The notes under the pieces were generated by a model, which worked only from the letters and a program-made list of their open reading frames with translations, was not told the origin of the DNA and made no database searches. Positions 36,801-48,037 of a DNA stretch of 64,000 nt are shown here, piece after piece. The position numbers were made by a program, and so were the translations under genes. The DNA is from Leucoraja ocellata (lineage: Eukaryota): positions 496,001-560,000 of the forward strand of contig JAWMAR010000005.1 in NCBI GenBank assembly GCA_036785375.1, in the 5' to 3' direction. Numbering within the stretch: position 1 is the stretch's first letter; each line of letters starts with the position of its first letter.

Positions 36801-39800
36801 TTACAGCACCAGCGACCTGGGTTCAATCCTGACTACGGGTGCTGTCTGTACGGAGATTGTGCATTTTCCCTGTGACCGTGTGGGTTTTCCCCAAATGCTC
36901 TGGTTTCCTCCCACACGTCAAAGACGTACAGGTTTGACCTTAGTGTGTAGGATAGTGTTAGTGTACGGGGATTGCTGGCCGGCATATACTTACATAGAAA
37001 CATAGAAAATAGATGCAGGTGTAGGCCATCTGGCCCTTCGAGCCTATACCGCCATTCAATATGATCATGGCTGATCATCCAACTCAGTATCCTGTACCTG
37101 CCTTCTCTCTTGGTGGCTGAAGGGCCTGTTTCCACGCCGTATGTCTAAACTAAACATATGTGTTCTGCAGAATGTTGCAGCTATCTGAATGCACTGGATA
37201 ATGGATGACAATAAGTTTGTATACCGCACTATGATTTCATTTTGATTCTCACCCGTATGTGACAACTCAACAGTTTCTTATTTTATTTCAGTTGAAACCA
37301 AGACCAATACAGAACCGGCCCCCAATGTCAATATGGTAAGTACCAGACATAAATACAAACTACTGGAGCAACTCGGTGGGTCAGGCAGCATCTGCGGAAA
37401 GAAATGGACAGGCGACATTTTGGCCCATGCCTTTAATTGAATGCCATCACTTCCTTTTTAGACCTATACAAGCCATCTCAGGTTTACAAATGTCCACCTT
37501 ACACTCTTACATATGAACAAGTTTCCATAAATATAATTATATTCAAAGTCTTATGTACATACATCACATTAATTCCTGTGACTAGTGATGTGTCACAGGA
37601 TTCTGTGCTGGGCCCGTTACTGCTTATCATCTACAGCAATGATTTGGATGAGAACATACAGGGCAAGATTAGCAAGTTTGCTGATGATACAAAAGTTAGT
37701 GGTTTTGATGGTTGTGAACGATTGCAGCAGGATCTGGATTGATTGGCCATGTGGGCGGAGGAATGGTTGATGGAATTTAATACAGAGAAGTGTGAGGTGT
37801 TGCATTTTGGGACGTCGAATTAGGACAGGACCTACACAGTAAATTGTAGGCCTCTGGGTAGTGTTGTAGAGCAGAGGGATCTAGGAGTACAGGTGCATGG
37901 TTCCTTGAAGGTCGAGTTGCAGGTAGATAAGGTGGTCAAAAAGGCTTTTGTCACTTTGGCCTTCATCAGACAGAGTATTGATCATAGAACTTGGGAGGTC
38001 ATGTTGCAGTCAAGACATTGGTGAGACCGCATTTAGATAATTGTGTTCAGTTCTAGACACCATGTGATAGGAAAGATATTGTCAAACTTGAAAGTGTTCA
38101 GAAAAGATCAACAGGGATGTTGCCAGGACTAGAGGGTGCGAGCTATAGGGAGATGTTGAGTAGGCTGGGTCTCTATTCCATGGAGTGGAGGATGGTGAGG
38201 GGAGATCTTGTAGAGGTATATAAAATAATGAGAGGAATAGATCAGGTAAATGCACAGTCTTTTACCCAGAGTAGGGGAATTGTGGACCAGAGGACATAGG
38301 TTCAGGGTGATGGGAGCCGATTATATAGGAATCCAAGGGGTAACTTTTTCACACAGATGGTGGTGGGTGTATGGAACAAGCTGCCAGAGGAGGTAGTTGA
38401 GGCTGGGACTATCCCATTGTTTAAGAAACAGTTGGACAGGTACATGGATAGGACAGGTTTGGATGGTTATGGACCAAGGGCAGGCAAGTGGGACTAGGGT
38501 AGCTGGGACATTGTTGGCTGATGTGGGTGAGTTGGGCTAAAGGGCCTTTTCCACACTATTATTGTATGACTATAACTAGTTTATTTTCCCCTTTTGGTAA
38601 ATGTTCTTTCTTGATAGTTAGCAGTCTTGTTGTACGTGCCCCCTTGGGCAAGAGTGACCATAATATGGTTGAGTTCTTTATTAGGATGGAGAGTGACATT
38701 GTTAATTCAGAAACAATGGTTCTGAACTTAAAGGTAACTTTGAGGGTATGAGACGTGAATTGGCCAAGATTGACTGGCAATTAATTCTAAAACGGTTGAC
38801 AGTGGATATGCAATGGAAGACATTTAAAGACTGCATGGATGAACTACAAAAATTGTTCACTACCCAGTTTGGCAAAAGAATAAATCAGGAAAGGTAGTGC
38901 ATCCGTGGATAACAAGGCAAATCAGGGATAGTATCAAAGCAAAGGATGATGCATACAAATTAACCAGAAAAGACAGCATACCAGAGGACTGGGAGAAATT
39001 CAGAGACCAGCAGAGGAGGACAAAGGGCTTAATTAGGAAAGGAAAAATAGATTATGAAAGAAAACTGGCAGGGACCATAAAAACTGACTGCAAAAGGTTT
39101 TATAGGTATGTGAAAAGAAAGAGATTAATTAAAACAAATGTAGGTCCCTTGCAGTCAGAAACAGGTGAGTTGATCATGGGGAACAAGGATATGATGGACC
39201 AATTGAATAACTACTTTGGTTCCGTCTTCACTAAGGAAGACATAAATAATTTGCTGGAAATAGCAGGGGACCGCGGGTCAAAGGAGTTGGAGGAATTGAG
39301 TGAAATCCAGGTTAGCCGGGAAGTGGTGTTGGGTAAATTGAATGGATTAAAGGCCGATAAATCCCCAGGGCCAGATAGGCTGCATCCCAGAGTACTTAAG
39401 GAAGTAGCTCCAGAAATAGTGGATGCATTAGTAATAATCTTTCAAAACTGTTTAGATTCTGGAGTAGTTCCTGAGGATTGGCGGGTAGCAAACGTAACCC
39501 CACTTTTGAAGAACGGAGGGAGAGAGAAAACGGGGAATTACAGACCAGTTAGTCTAACATCGGTAGTGGGGAAACTGTTAGAGTCAGTTATTAAAGATGG
39601 GGTAGCAGTACATTTGGAAAGTGGTGAAATCATTGGACAAAGTCAGCATGGATTTATGAAAGGTAAATCATGTCTGTCGAATATTATAGAATTTTTCGAG
39701 GATGTAACTAGTAGCGTGGATAGGGGAGAACCAGTGGATGTGGTGTATCTAGACTTCCAGAAGGCTTTCGACAAGGTCCCACATAAGAGATTAGTATACA

Positions 39801-41203
39801 AACTTAAAGCACACGGCATTGGGGGTTCAGTATTGATGTGGATAGAGAACTGGCTGGCAAACATGAAGCAAAGAATAAGAGTAAACGGGTCCTTTTCACA
39901 ATAGCGGGCAGTGACTAGTGGGGTACCGCAAGGCTCAGTGCTGGGACCCCAGCTATTTACAAAATATATTAATGATCTGGATGAGGGAATTGAAGACAAT
40001 ACCTCCAAGTTTGCAGATGACACTAAGCTGGGGGGCAGTGTTAGCTGTGAGGAGGATGCTAGGAGACTGCAAGGTGACTTGGATAGGCTGGGTGAGTGGG
40101 CAAATGTTTGGCAGATGCAGTATAATGCGGATAAATGTGAGGTTATCCATTTTGGTGGCAAAAACCGGAAAGCAGACTATTATCTAAATGGTGGCCGACT
40201 AGGAAAAGGGGAGATACAGCGAGACCTGGGTGTCATGGTGCACCAGTCATTGTAAGTAGGCATGCAGGTGCAGCAGGCAGTGAAGAAAGCGAATGGTATG
40301 TTAGCTTTCATAGCAAAAGGATTTGTGTATAGGAGCAGGGAGGTTCTACTGCAGTTGTACAGGGTCTTGGTGAGACCACACCTGGAGTATTGCGTACAGT
40401 TTTGGTCTCCAAATCTGAGGAAGGACATTATTGCCATAGAGGGAGTGCAGAGAAGGTTAACCTGACTGATTCCTGGGATGTCAGGACTGTCTTATGGAGA
40501 AAGACTGGATAGACTTGGTTTATACTCTCTAGAATTTAGGAGATTTAGAAGGGATCTTATAGAAACTTACAAAATTCTTAAGTGGTTGGACAGGCTAGAT
40601 GCAGGAAGATTGTTCCCGATGTTAGGGAAGTCCAGGACAAGGGGTCACAGCTTAAGGATAAGGGAGAAATCCTTTAAAACCAAGATGAGAAAAACTTTTT
40701 TCACACAGAGAGTGATGAATCTCTGGAACTCTCTGCCACAGAGGGTAGTTGAGGCTAGTTCATTGGCTATATTTAAGAGGGAGTTAGATGTGGCCCTTTT
40801 AGCTAAGGGGATCAGAGTGTATGGAGAGAAGGCAGGTACGGGATACTGAGTTAGATGATCAGCCATGATCATATTGAATGGCGGTGCAGGCTCGAAGGGC
40901 CGAATGGCCTACTCCTGCACCTATTTTCTACGTTTCTATGTTTGTTCATCTTATATGTTTTTGACGCCATTCATTATAAACTGTGATGGTATGGAGTGAT
41001 TTTGCGTATTTTCTGGCTGATGGAGAAAATCGGCTTATAGATTCAGCATTCTCTGGTGTCATTTACATTCTGTTTTTCTATTGCAGTCGGCGGAACCGGA
41101 GATACTCTATGCTGATATTCAGTTTGCACGAAAGAATGCCAAAGCTCCAACCTTAGAAGTCAGCGAGGAGACAACCGAATATGCTGCCATCAAACGTACA
41201 TAG
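18780..41203 (+). CDS. Whole gene model: inhibitory IgSF receptor with 4 germline-joined VJ domains, TM, ITIM+ITSM. join(18780..18843,19027..19377,20276..20620,23854..24201,28096..28440,34068..34215,34654..34697,37292..37335,41087..41203); about 601 aa; in-frame TGA in the candidate leader exon
   Basis: Nine exons bounded by AG/GT with phases 1,1,1,1,1,2,1,0 that join into one frame (1806 nt). Ig V motifs in four exons, a hydrophobic TM, and tyrosine motifs in the tail. Confidence 0.85.
19027..19377 (+). CDS. VJ Ig domain 1 exon ([13 protein letters not shown]...VEIRC...VHWY...[23 protein letters not shown])
   Basis: Acceptor ttattacccacag|, donor A|gtgagt, 351 nt, phase 1/1. Canonical Cys-Trp-Cys, DxAxYxC and FGxGTxLxV J motif in one exon. 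Confidence 0.93.
20276..20620 (+). CDS. VJ Ig domain 2 exon ([11 protein letters not shown]...RLWC...[10 protein letters not shown]...[23 protein letters not shown])
   Basis: Acceptor ttttccctttcaag|, donor A|gtgagt, 345 nt, phase 1/1. V-set motifs plus GxG G-strand. Confidence 0.92.
21505..22056 (+). mobile_element. L2 LINE 3' end
   Basis: [12 protein letters not shown]...[15 protein letters not shown] motif, AATAAA and (TTA)n tail. Confidence 0.8.
22079..22922 (-). mobile_element. GC-rich non-autonomous retroposon-like repeat, copy A
   Basis: Reverse complement aligns end to end with 28787-29633; (TATCTTG)n-type tail. Confidence 0.75.
23854..24201 (+). CDS. VJ Ig domain 3 exon ([13 protein letters not shown]...VQLQC...[10 protein letters not shown]...[23 protein letters not shown])
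   Basis: Acceptor tattcacacag|, donor G|gtaagt, 348 nt, phase 1/1. V-set motifs plus YGxGSxLxV. Confidence 0.92.
24981..25270 (-). mobile_element. CR1 3' end
   Basis: (gaaacata)n tail; same subfamily as 16277-17213. Confidence 0.85.
26338..27836 (-). mobile_element. Rex1/Babar-clade LINE, 5'-truncated
   Basis: [53 protein letters not shown]; (ATTG)n tail at 26338-26367. Confidence 0.85.
28096..28440 (+). CDS. VJ Ig domain 4 exon (near-identical to domain 2; ...[23 protein letters not shown])
   Basis: Acceptor ttttcccattaaag|, donor A|gtaagt, 345 nt, phase 1/1. 12 nt differences from 20276-20620. Confidence 0.92.
28787..29633 (+). mobile_element. GC-rich non-autonomous retroposon-like repeat, copy B (inverted relative to copy A)
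   Basis: Starts ctaggggcgccgcattg and ends atgtatcttgtatcttgt. Homologous to 22079-22922. Confidence 0.75.
30305..31080 (+). mobile_element. CR1 APE-endonuclease fragment
   Basis: [23 protein letters not shown] and LDLVL motifs. Confidence 0.82.
31323..31530 (+). repeat. Purine-rich (G/A) low-complexity tract
   Basis: Almost pure G/A for about 200 nt. Confidence 0.85.
31656..32860 (+). mobile_element. Rex1/Babar-clade LINE, 5'-truncated with an internal deletion near the 3' end
   Basis: [41 protein letters not shown]; (CTGAAT)n tail at about 32835-32860. Confidence 0.87.
34068..34215 (+). CDS. Stalk + transmembrane exon [50 protein letters not shown]
   Basis: Acceptor gatatttttcag|, donor GG|gtaagt, phase 1/2. 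About 24 uncharged hydrophobic residues followed by a KK stop-transfer. Confidence 0.88.
34654..34697 (+). CDS. Cytoplasmic exon 1 (G)[14 protein letters not shown]
   Basis: Acceptor atcatttcactag|, donor CAG|gtaaaa, 44 nt, phase 2/1, fits the TM exon. Contains a YxxV motif. Confidence 0.75.
35648..36090 (+). mobile_element. Penelope-like element 3' part (GIY-YIG C-terminal remnant + terminal repeat)
   Basis: [23 protein letters not shown] motifs followed by the tctgaagaaggg...cccgaaacg terminal sequence. Confidence 0.7.
37292..37335 (+). CDS. Cytoplasmic exon 2 (V)[14 protein letters not shown]
   Basis: Acceptor ttattttatttcag|, donor ATG|gtaagt, 44 nt, phase 1/0. Restores the frame into the last exon. 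Confidence 0.75.
37575..38565 (+). mobile_element. CR1 LINE 3' portion (older subfamily)
   Basis: [16 protein letters not shown]; degenerate frames. Confidence 0.8.
38630..40942 (+). mobile_element. CR1 LINE, about 2.3 kb of ORF2 + 3' UTR, in the last intron of the receptor gene
   Basis: ORFs 38897-39904 and 39911-40849 carry the RT motifs; TTTCTATG tail at about 40925-40942. Confidence 0.92.
41087..41203 (+). CDS. Terminal cytoplasmic exon [38 protein letters not shown] (ITIM + ITSM)
   Basis: Acceptor tgtttttctattgcag|, phase 0. ILYADI fits [ILVS]xYxx[ILV] and TEYAAI fits TxYxx[IV]. TAG at 41201-41203. Confidence 0.87.
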   Translation, partial: SAEPEILYADIQFARKNAKAPTLEVSEETTEYAAIKRT

Positions 41204-42049
41204 TGACTGATTAAAAGTCACCCCTCAGGGTTCTTCTGGTTGGTATCTGTCAACGCACAGAACTCCCAAAGGTCACAGATCTTCATTCTGGTTCTTAGGC
41301 ATATGCCTCAATATTTTCTTACCCTTAATCTCATATAAAATGATAGCCTACAGATTGGTCTACTCCTACCACATTTATTCTTTTAATGTAGTTTCCCAGT
41401 CTACCCAACAACTCACAACTCATACATTCAGTTTCCTTTGTTAAAATTTAACTCTAATTTCAGATCGAAGCAAATAATTTCAATTTATATCACTCACTCT
41501 TCTCAAAGCTTTATATGCAATTAACGTAAATATACTGCAAAGACGTACCGGTTTGGAAGTTAATTGACCAGTAAAATTATAAATTGTCCCTAGTGTGTGT
41601 AGTGTGTGGGGATCGCTGGTCGGCGCAGATTTGGGGGTGGGGGGGGGGGGCAAAGGCCCTGTTTCCGTGCTGCATCTCTAAACTAAACTAAACTATTAAC
41701 AAACCTTTTCTCATTGCACGTAACTAGTTGAAATTAACCTTTCACTTTGTTGATTCTTCAGCATGCCGATATGGAATATCATCTTTTACACATGCTGCAA
41801 ATTAGAGCTAATTTTATTTTCCAGACCCGATGTGAATTAAAGTCCCAAGATATTACTGTGATGCGTTGCTTCATTACCCTCTCCACTTGATTTCCCACTG
41901 ATATCTGTGGTCAGATAAACTGACTACAAATTAATTAGTCATTTTCCTCTTAATATGCATCATTTCACCCATTACCTGTTCGTTAGCTTATCCTCTATTT
42001 ATGCTCACAAATTACCTACAATACCGTGACCTTTAGGACAAAAGGGATA

Positions 42050-42415
42050 GAAAAAGAATTAGGCCCTTCGGTCCATCAATTCTACGCCATTCAATCATTT
42101 CTGATCTATCTCTCCCTCCTAACCCCATAACCTCTGACACCTGTACTAATCAAGAATGAATCTTTACTCTGCCATAAAAATCTCCACTGACTTGGCCATC
42201 ACAGCCTTCTGTGGCAAAGAATTCCACAGATTCACCACCCTCTGTATAAAGACATTTCTCCTCATCTCCTTTCGTAAACAAACGTCCTTTAATACTCAGG
42301 CTATGACCTCTTGTCCTAGACTCTCCCACTAGTGGAAACATCCTCTCCACATCCACTCTATCCAAGCTTTTCATTATACTGTATTTCATTCAGGTCCCCT
42401 CATTCTTCTAAACTC
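42050..42415 (-). mobile_element. CR1 3' fragment
   Basis: [23 protein letters not shown]. Confidence 0.75.
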
Positions 42416-43599
42416 GGTGTAGTAAATTTACAGAAGCCATGCTCATCGAATGGCTTCTGAAAGTCAAAATATATGGTCATCTTTCCACATGGTGCTTCAT
42501 ATATCTTAAAGAATGTAAATATTTATTGCCAAGTACAGTTTCTATTCCATAAAAACATGTTTAAAAGTGTGCTTTAAAGTTTTATAATATTCTAAATTGT
42601 GCTGTTGCAACGTAGGAAAATGTATATTATTTTCCAAACTTTATGAAATATTACTGATTGAATGAAGGTGATCCCCATGTTATGGGAGGTTGTGTTTCCT
42701 GGATAACAGTCCATATCACGAATTTCCATACAGTCATCCACGCATGCATTAAGAAACCCGAGTTGAAAAAAAGGTGAATTTTGTGTTGATTAGTTACTAC
42801 GACAATAAGTCCATCAGGACAAATTTTAATCACTATTTCAAACTTTGGGTTGTAATTTGTGACGGTGAATTTCCATTAACAGGACTATGTAATGCAGGAG
42901 TCACCGGCACCAGGTTAAAATAGACAGCTTATACAGTGAGGTTTGAAAACATGGAACATATGCCCAGGTGGGCTGATGTCATATGTGGTGTTCTCTCTTT
43001 AATTATTCAATATTCAATCGACATATAGAAACGTTTATACGTGATTGCATTATTATTTGTGGGTCTTGGACTATCTTTAAATTGGTACAGGTTGAAAACC
43101 GATTTTCTGGTAATTGATGGTCTACCACAATCTGGACAAAATGATGGGAGCTCAGTTGAAATTCCATGAGTGGCCACAGATGGCGTTGTAAAGTGAATGT
43201 GAATGTAATGACCTGCCAACCCATCCATGGCTCCCACCGTCTCGCCAGCCGTTTAGAGCTTTGAGTTTCAACCCCATTCCCGACCCATAATGAGTGACTA
43301 TGCTTCAAGATACTTCATCTTCTGCAAAGTGCTTTACAACCTCACAAAAGATGTGAAGGAGCTGCATCAAAAAAATGTCATAGGAGTGATGCAGTGTGGA
43401 AACAGGCCCTTCGGCCCAACTCGCCCATACCGGCCAACAATGTCCCAGCTACATTCAGACTGGGCATCACAAGAATGAGCACTACTGGCTTGGATGTGAG
43501 GGTCCAATGAGAGAACATTGTTGTGACGGTCAATCTGAACTATGCTGCATTGCACGAGACTTCCTCCGATCACCTCCTGCACATTGTAACCTAGCAGTT

Positions 43600-45500
43600 A
43601 TAGACCTGTTAGTTTGACGTCAGTGGTGGGCAAATTAATGGAAAAGGATACTTAGAGATAATATATATATAAGCATCTGGATAAACAGTGTCTGATTAGG
43701 AACAGTCAACATGGATTTGTGCCTGGAAGGTCATGTCTGACTAATCTTCTTGAATTTTTTGAAGAGGTTGCTAGGGAAATTGATGAGGGTAAAGTGGTGG
43801 ACGTTGTCTCTATGGACTTCAGTAAGGCCTTTGACAAGGTTCCACATGGAAGGTTGGTTAAGAAAGTTCAATTGTTGGGTATTAATGGTGGAGTAGCAAG
43901 ATGGATTCAACAGTGGCTGAATGGGAGATGCCAGAGAGTAATGGTGGATGGCTGTTTGTCAGGTTGGAGGCCGGAGACTAGTGGGGTGCCTCAGGGATCT
44001 GTGTTGGGTCCACTGTTGTTTGTCATATACATCAATGATCTGGATGATGGTGTGGTAAATTGGATTAGTAAGTATGCAGATGATACTAAGATAGGTAGTG
44101 TTGTGGATAATGAGGTAGATTTTCAAAGTCTGCAGAGAGATTTAGGCCATTTGGAAGAGTGGGCTGAAAGATGGTAGATGGAGTTTAATGCTGATAAGTG
44201 TGAGATGCTACATCTTGACAGGACAAGTCAATCTAGGATGTACATGGTAAATGGTAGCGAATTGAGGAATGCAGTTGAACAAAGGGATCTAGGAATAACT
44301 GTGCATAGTTCCCTGAAGGTGTAATATCATGTAGATAGGGTGGTAAACAAAGCTTTTGGTGTGCTGGCCTTTATAAATCGGAGCATTGAGTATAAAAGTT
44401 GGGATGTAATGTTAAAATTGTACAAGGCATTGGTGAGGCCAATTCTGGAGTATGGTGTGCAGTTTTGGTCGCCAAATTATAGGAAGGATGTCAACAAAAT
44501 AGAGAGAGTACAGAGGAGATTTACTAGAATGTTGCCTGGATTTCAGCAACTAAGTTACAGAGAAAGGTTGAACAAGTTAGGTCTTTATTCTTTGGAGCGC
44601 AGAAGGTTAAGGGGGAACTTGATAGAGGTCTTTAAAATGATGAGAGGGATAGATAGAGTTGACGTGGATGACGTGGAAAGACATTCTTGCCATAGAGGGA
44701 GTACAGAGAAGGTTCACCAGACTGATTCCTGGGATGTCAGGACTTTCATATGAAGAAAGACTGGATAGACTTGGTTTGTACTCGCTAGAATTTAGAAGAT
44801 TGAGGGGGGATCTTATAGAAACTTACAAAATTCTTAAGGGGTTGGACAGGCTAGATGCAGGAAGATTATTCCCGATGTTGAGGTAGTCCAGAACAAGGGG
44901 TCACTGTTTAAGGATAAGGGGGAAATCATTTAGGACCGAGATGAGAAAAACATTTTTCGCACAGAGAGTGGTGAATCTGTGGAATTCTCTGCCACAGAAG
45001 GTAGTTGAGGACAGTTCATTGGCTATATGTAAGAGGGAGTTAGATGTGGCCCTTGTGGCTAAAGGGATTAGGGGGTGTGGAGAGAAGGCAGGTACAGGAT
45101 ACTGAGTTGGATGATCAGCCATGATCATATTGAATGGCGGTGCAGGCTCGAAGGGCCGAATGGCCTACTCCTGCACCTATTTTCTATGTTTCGATAAGCT
45201 TTTTCCATTGAGAGTAGGGAAGATTCAAACAAGAGGACATGATTTGAGAATTAAGGGACAGAAGTTTAGGGGTAAAATGAGGGGGAACTTCTTTACTCAG
45301 AGAGTGGTAGCTGTGTGGAATGAGCTTCCAGTGGAAGTGGTGGTGGCAGGTTCGATTTTATCATTTAAAAATAAATTGGATAGGTATATGGACGGGAAAG
45401 GAATGTAGTGCAGGTAGATGGGACTAAGTGAGAGTAAGTGTTCGGCACGGACTAGAAGGGCCGAGATGCCTGTTTCCGTGCTGTAATTGTTATATGGTTA
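43600..45500 (+). mobile_element. CR1 LINE with a nested younger CR1 3' end (44670-45192)
   Basis: RT motifs. Host sequence gttgacgtggat|aagcttttcc is split by an insert ending in tttctatgtttc. Confidence 0.85.
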
Positions 45501-48037
45501 TTGTGTGGTGTGTATTATGCTTGTAAGTGACTAGTTTTTACCCAGTGTGCATTATGTACAAAAAAAAACAAAGTATTGATTTTTACAACATAGGCCTGTA
45601 AATATTAACAGACTGTCAACATATCTTAGCTTAATAAAATAATAAAATTCTGAGTGCAAATTGTTTTTCATTAAATACTGAGATTTGGTGTTGATAGAAA
45701 GCCAGATTGGTTACCTGTTGTGTTTCCAGTATACAGTAAATGGCAGGACGTTTAGCAGCATGGAGTTAATTCTGGCTAAAATGGACCAGTCAGGACATCA
45801 AAATGGGGTTAAGTGCCAGGGCTTGCTGGGACATTTGGTCAAATTGTGATAGCTCTCTGCAGAGCTGGGACAAGCTGCGAGAGGTGCCAGTCTGGAACTT
45901 AGATAAAATTCATATGCAAAGGATAGGAAGTCTTGCAAGCCTTGTCAATCTGATACCAAATGCACAGAATGGATTGGGTGGTTGCAAACTAGATATACAT
46001 TTTGTAAATAGCTTGTAAATAATGTTGCAGAATCTGACTGCTGGATCTTTAGGTAGATAAAAGTGCTGGAGAAACTCAGCGGGTGCAGCAGCATCAATGG
46101 AGCGAAGGAAATAGGCAATGTTTCGGGCCAAAACCCTTATTGGATGGGGTGTTAAGCCTTGTCTGAGAGCCCCCATGTGGTTCGGCCCTCAGGTTCGCGC
46201 GGCATATGAAAGGCTGTAATCACGAGGCTCAAGGTCAATCTTCTGGAGTGTCGCTGTCTGAGCGAGGCCTAAGGGCTTGAACAGATAGACAGAGGGATCT
46301 GTTCCATTCTGTTTGTAGTTTGTTTGTTTGGTTGTTTTTTGCACAAAGTCCACGAGCATTGCCACTTTTCATTTCACTGCACATCTCGTATGTGTATGTG
46401 ACGAATAAACTTGACAAACCCACGGTGGGGGTTAGGTACAGTGTGTAATCTGACTCGTGCTTTTCGTAAAATAAAATGTTGTTAATTCAAGTGCTTGATT
46501 CAGTGTTTTCACTGAAACTAGACTGGGGGGAAGCTCAGAAACCAGCAATTATCAGATGTACAGAAAGATCTTGGGGAACAAGTCCATTGCTCCCTAAAAT
46601 TGGCAACATAAATAGGGTGGTAAAAGAGGTGTACTTTTATACTTGCCTTCATTAATTAGAGCTTTTTGTATTGACGTTGGCAAGTCATGCTGGGGCAGTA
46701 TAATGCTTTGGTTAGGCTGCATTTGGAGTACTGTGTGTAGTTCTGGTCCTGATGCTGCATGGAGCTGCCAATTTATCATCAGAGTTGACAACTATCTTTT
46801 CAACAACATTACAGGCTAGGTTCCGTTTATAGAAACCAGGCCATATCGCAGTTTCTCATAACACAAAGCAATGTCAACGGTGCATGCATCAAGACACTTA
46901 AGGTGAAAAATATTAGTTGTGCTGATTTATTTACTCGCTTTCCCCACATATATTCTGTGAGAACAATGCATATTCCATATCTTCAATCTTTTGGTACTGA
47001 TTTGTGAATTCTGTCAGGCTGCATTTCCTTAATCCAACAGAGGTGGCGATGTTGAAAGCAGATACAATTTATTGGTGGGTATTTGAATATGCAGGAAATT
47101 GAATTTATTCCCATAATTTTATTAAACTACTATCAGGTCCCTCAACCTTCAAAACTCCATGGAAAATTCAAGTTCAAGTTCAAGTTCACCACGATGTTGT
47201 CTGGATCAGAGGGTTCTAGCTATAAGCAAAGTATGGACAAACTTGGATTGTTTACTCTGGAGCATCGAACTGATAAAGAGGAGAACTGATAAAAGTTTAT
47301 AAAATTATGGAAGGCATAGCTAGGGTGCACACAGAGTCTTTTCCCAGGGTCTAAATGTTAAATACCTGAGGGCATACCCACCTGGAAGCCTTGTAATTGC
47401 AACTATTGTATCTGCTTTGGCAAGATGGTAACATTTAAAATAGATTTATGGGAAAAGTGTTTTTGTTTGCATGGGGTGTGGTGGGAACCTGCTGCTAGGA
47501 GTGAAGGTAGAAGATATGATAGGAATGTATAATAGGCATTTAGACAGAAATGTGAGCATGCATGGAATGCAAGGACACAGACCGTGTGCAGTTAGATAGG
47601 ATTGGTTAATCTGTTTCCAAGATTTCATGAGCACAGGCTTAAAAATGTAAATTACACAGAGCAGTACATTCTAGAAATCTTTAACAATAGGCAGATCAAA
47701 TTTACGAAGATGTTGCTCTGCCGAGTTGATTTGCTTTAGAATGGCATCTTACTGGTCTAATCACTACAGTTTAATGAATTGCTTTGCTGGTACTTTGCAG
47801 TAATAACCATGCCACCTATTAGATTTGGTGACCATCCAAATGGTAATATGCTTGAATGACCATTTGATTCTAGTGAATTAAAATTGCCAGACGGCTGCGA
47901 AGGCCAAGTCATCAATGGATATTTTTAAAGCAGATTCTTGATTAGTGCAGGTGTCAGGAGTTAGGGTGAGAAAGCAGGAGATTAGGGTTGAGGGGAAAAG
48001 ATAGGTCAGCCATGATTGTATGGTGAAGTTATGGTGA

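Noticed and set aside
42660-42930. Faint V-like peptides (EGD...C, ILITISN, TGTRLK) suggesting a decayed V exon
   Set aside because: The motifs lie in different frames with stops, and there is no WY or YxC motif; unsupported without an HMM search.
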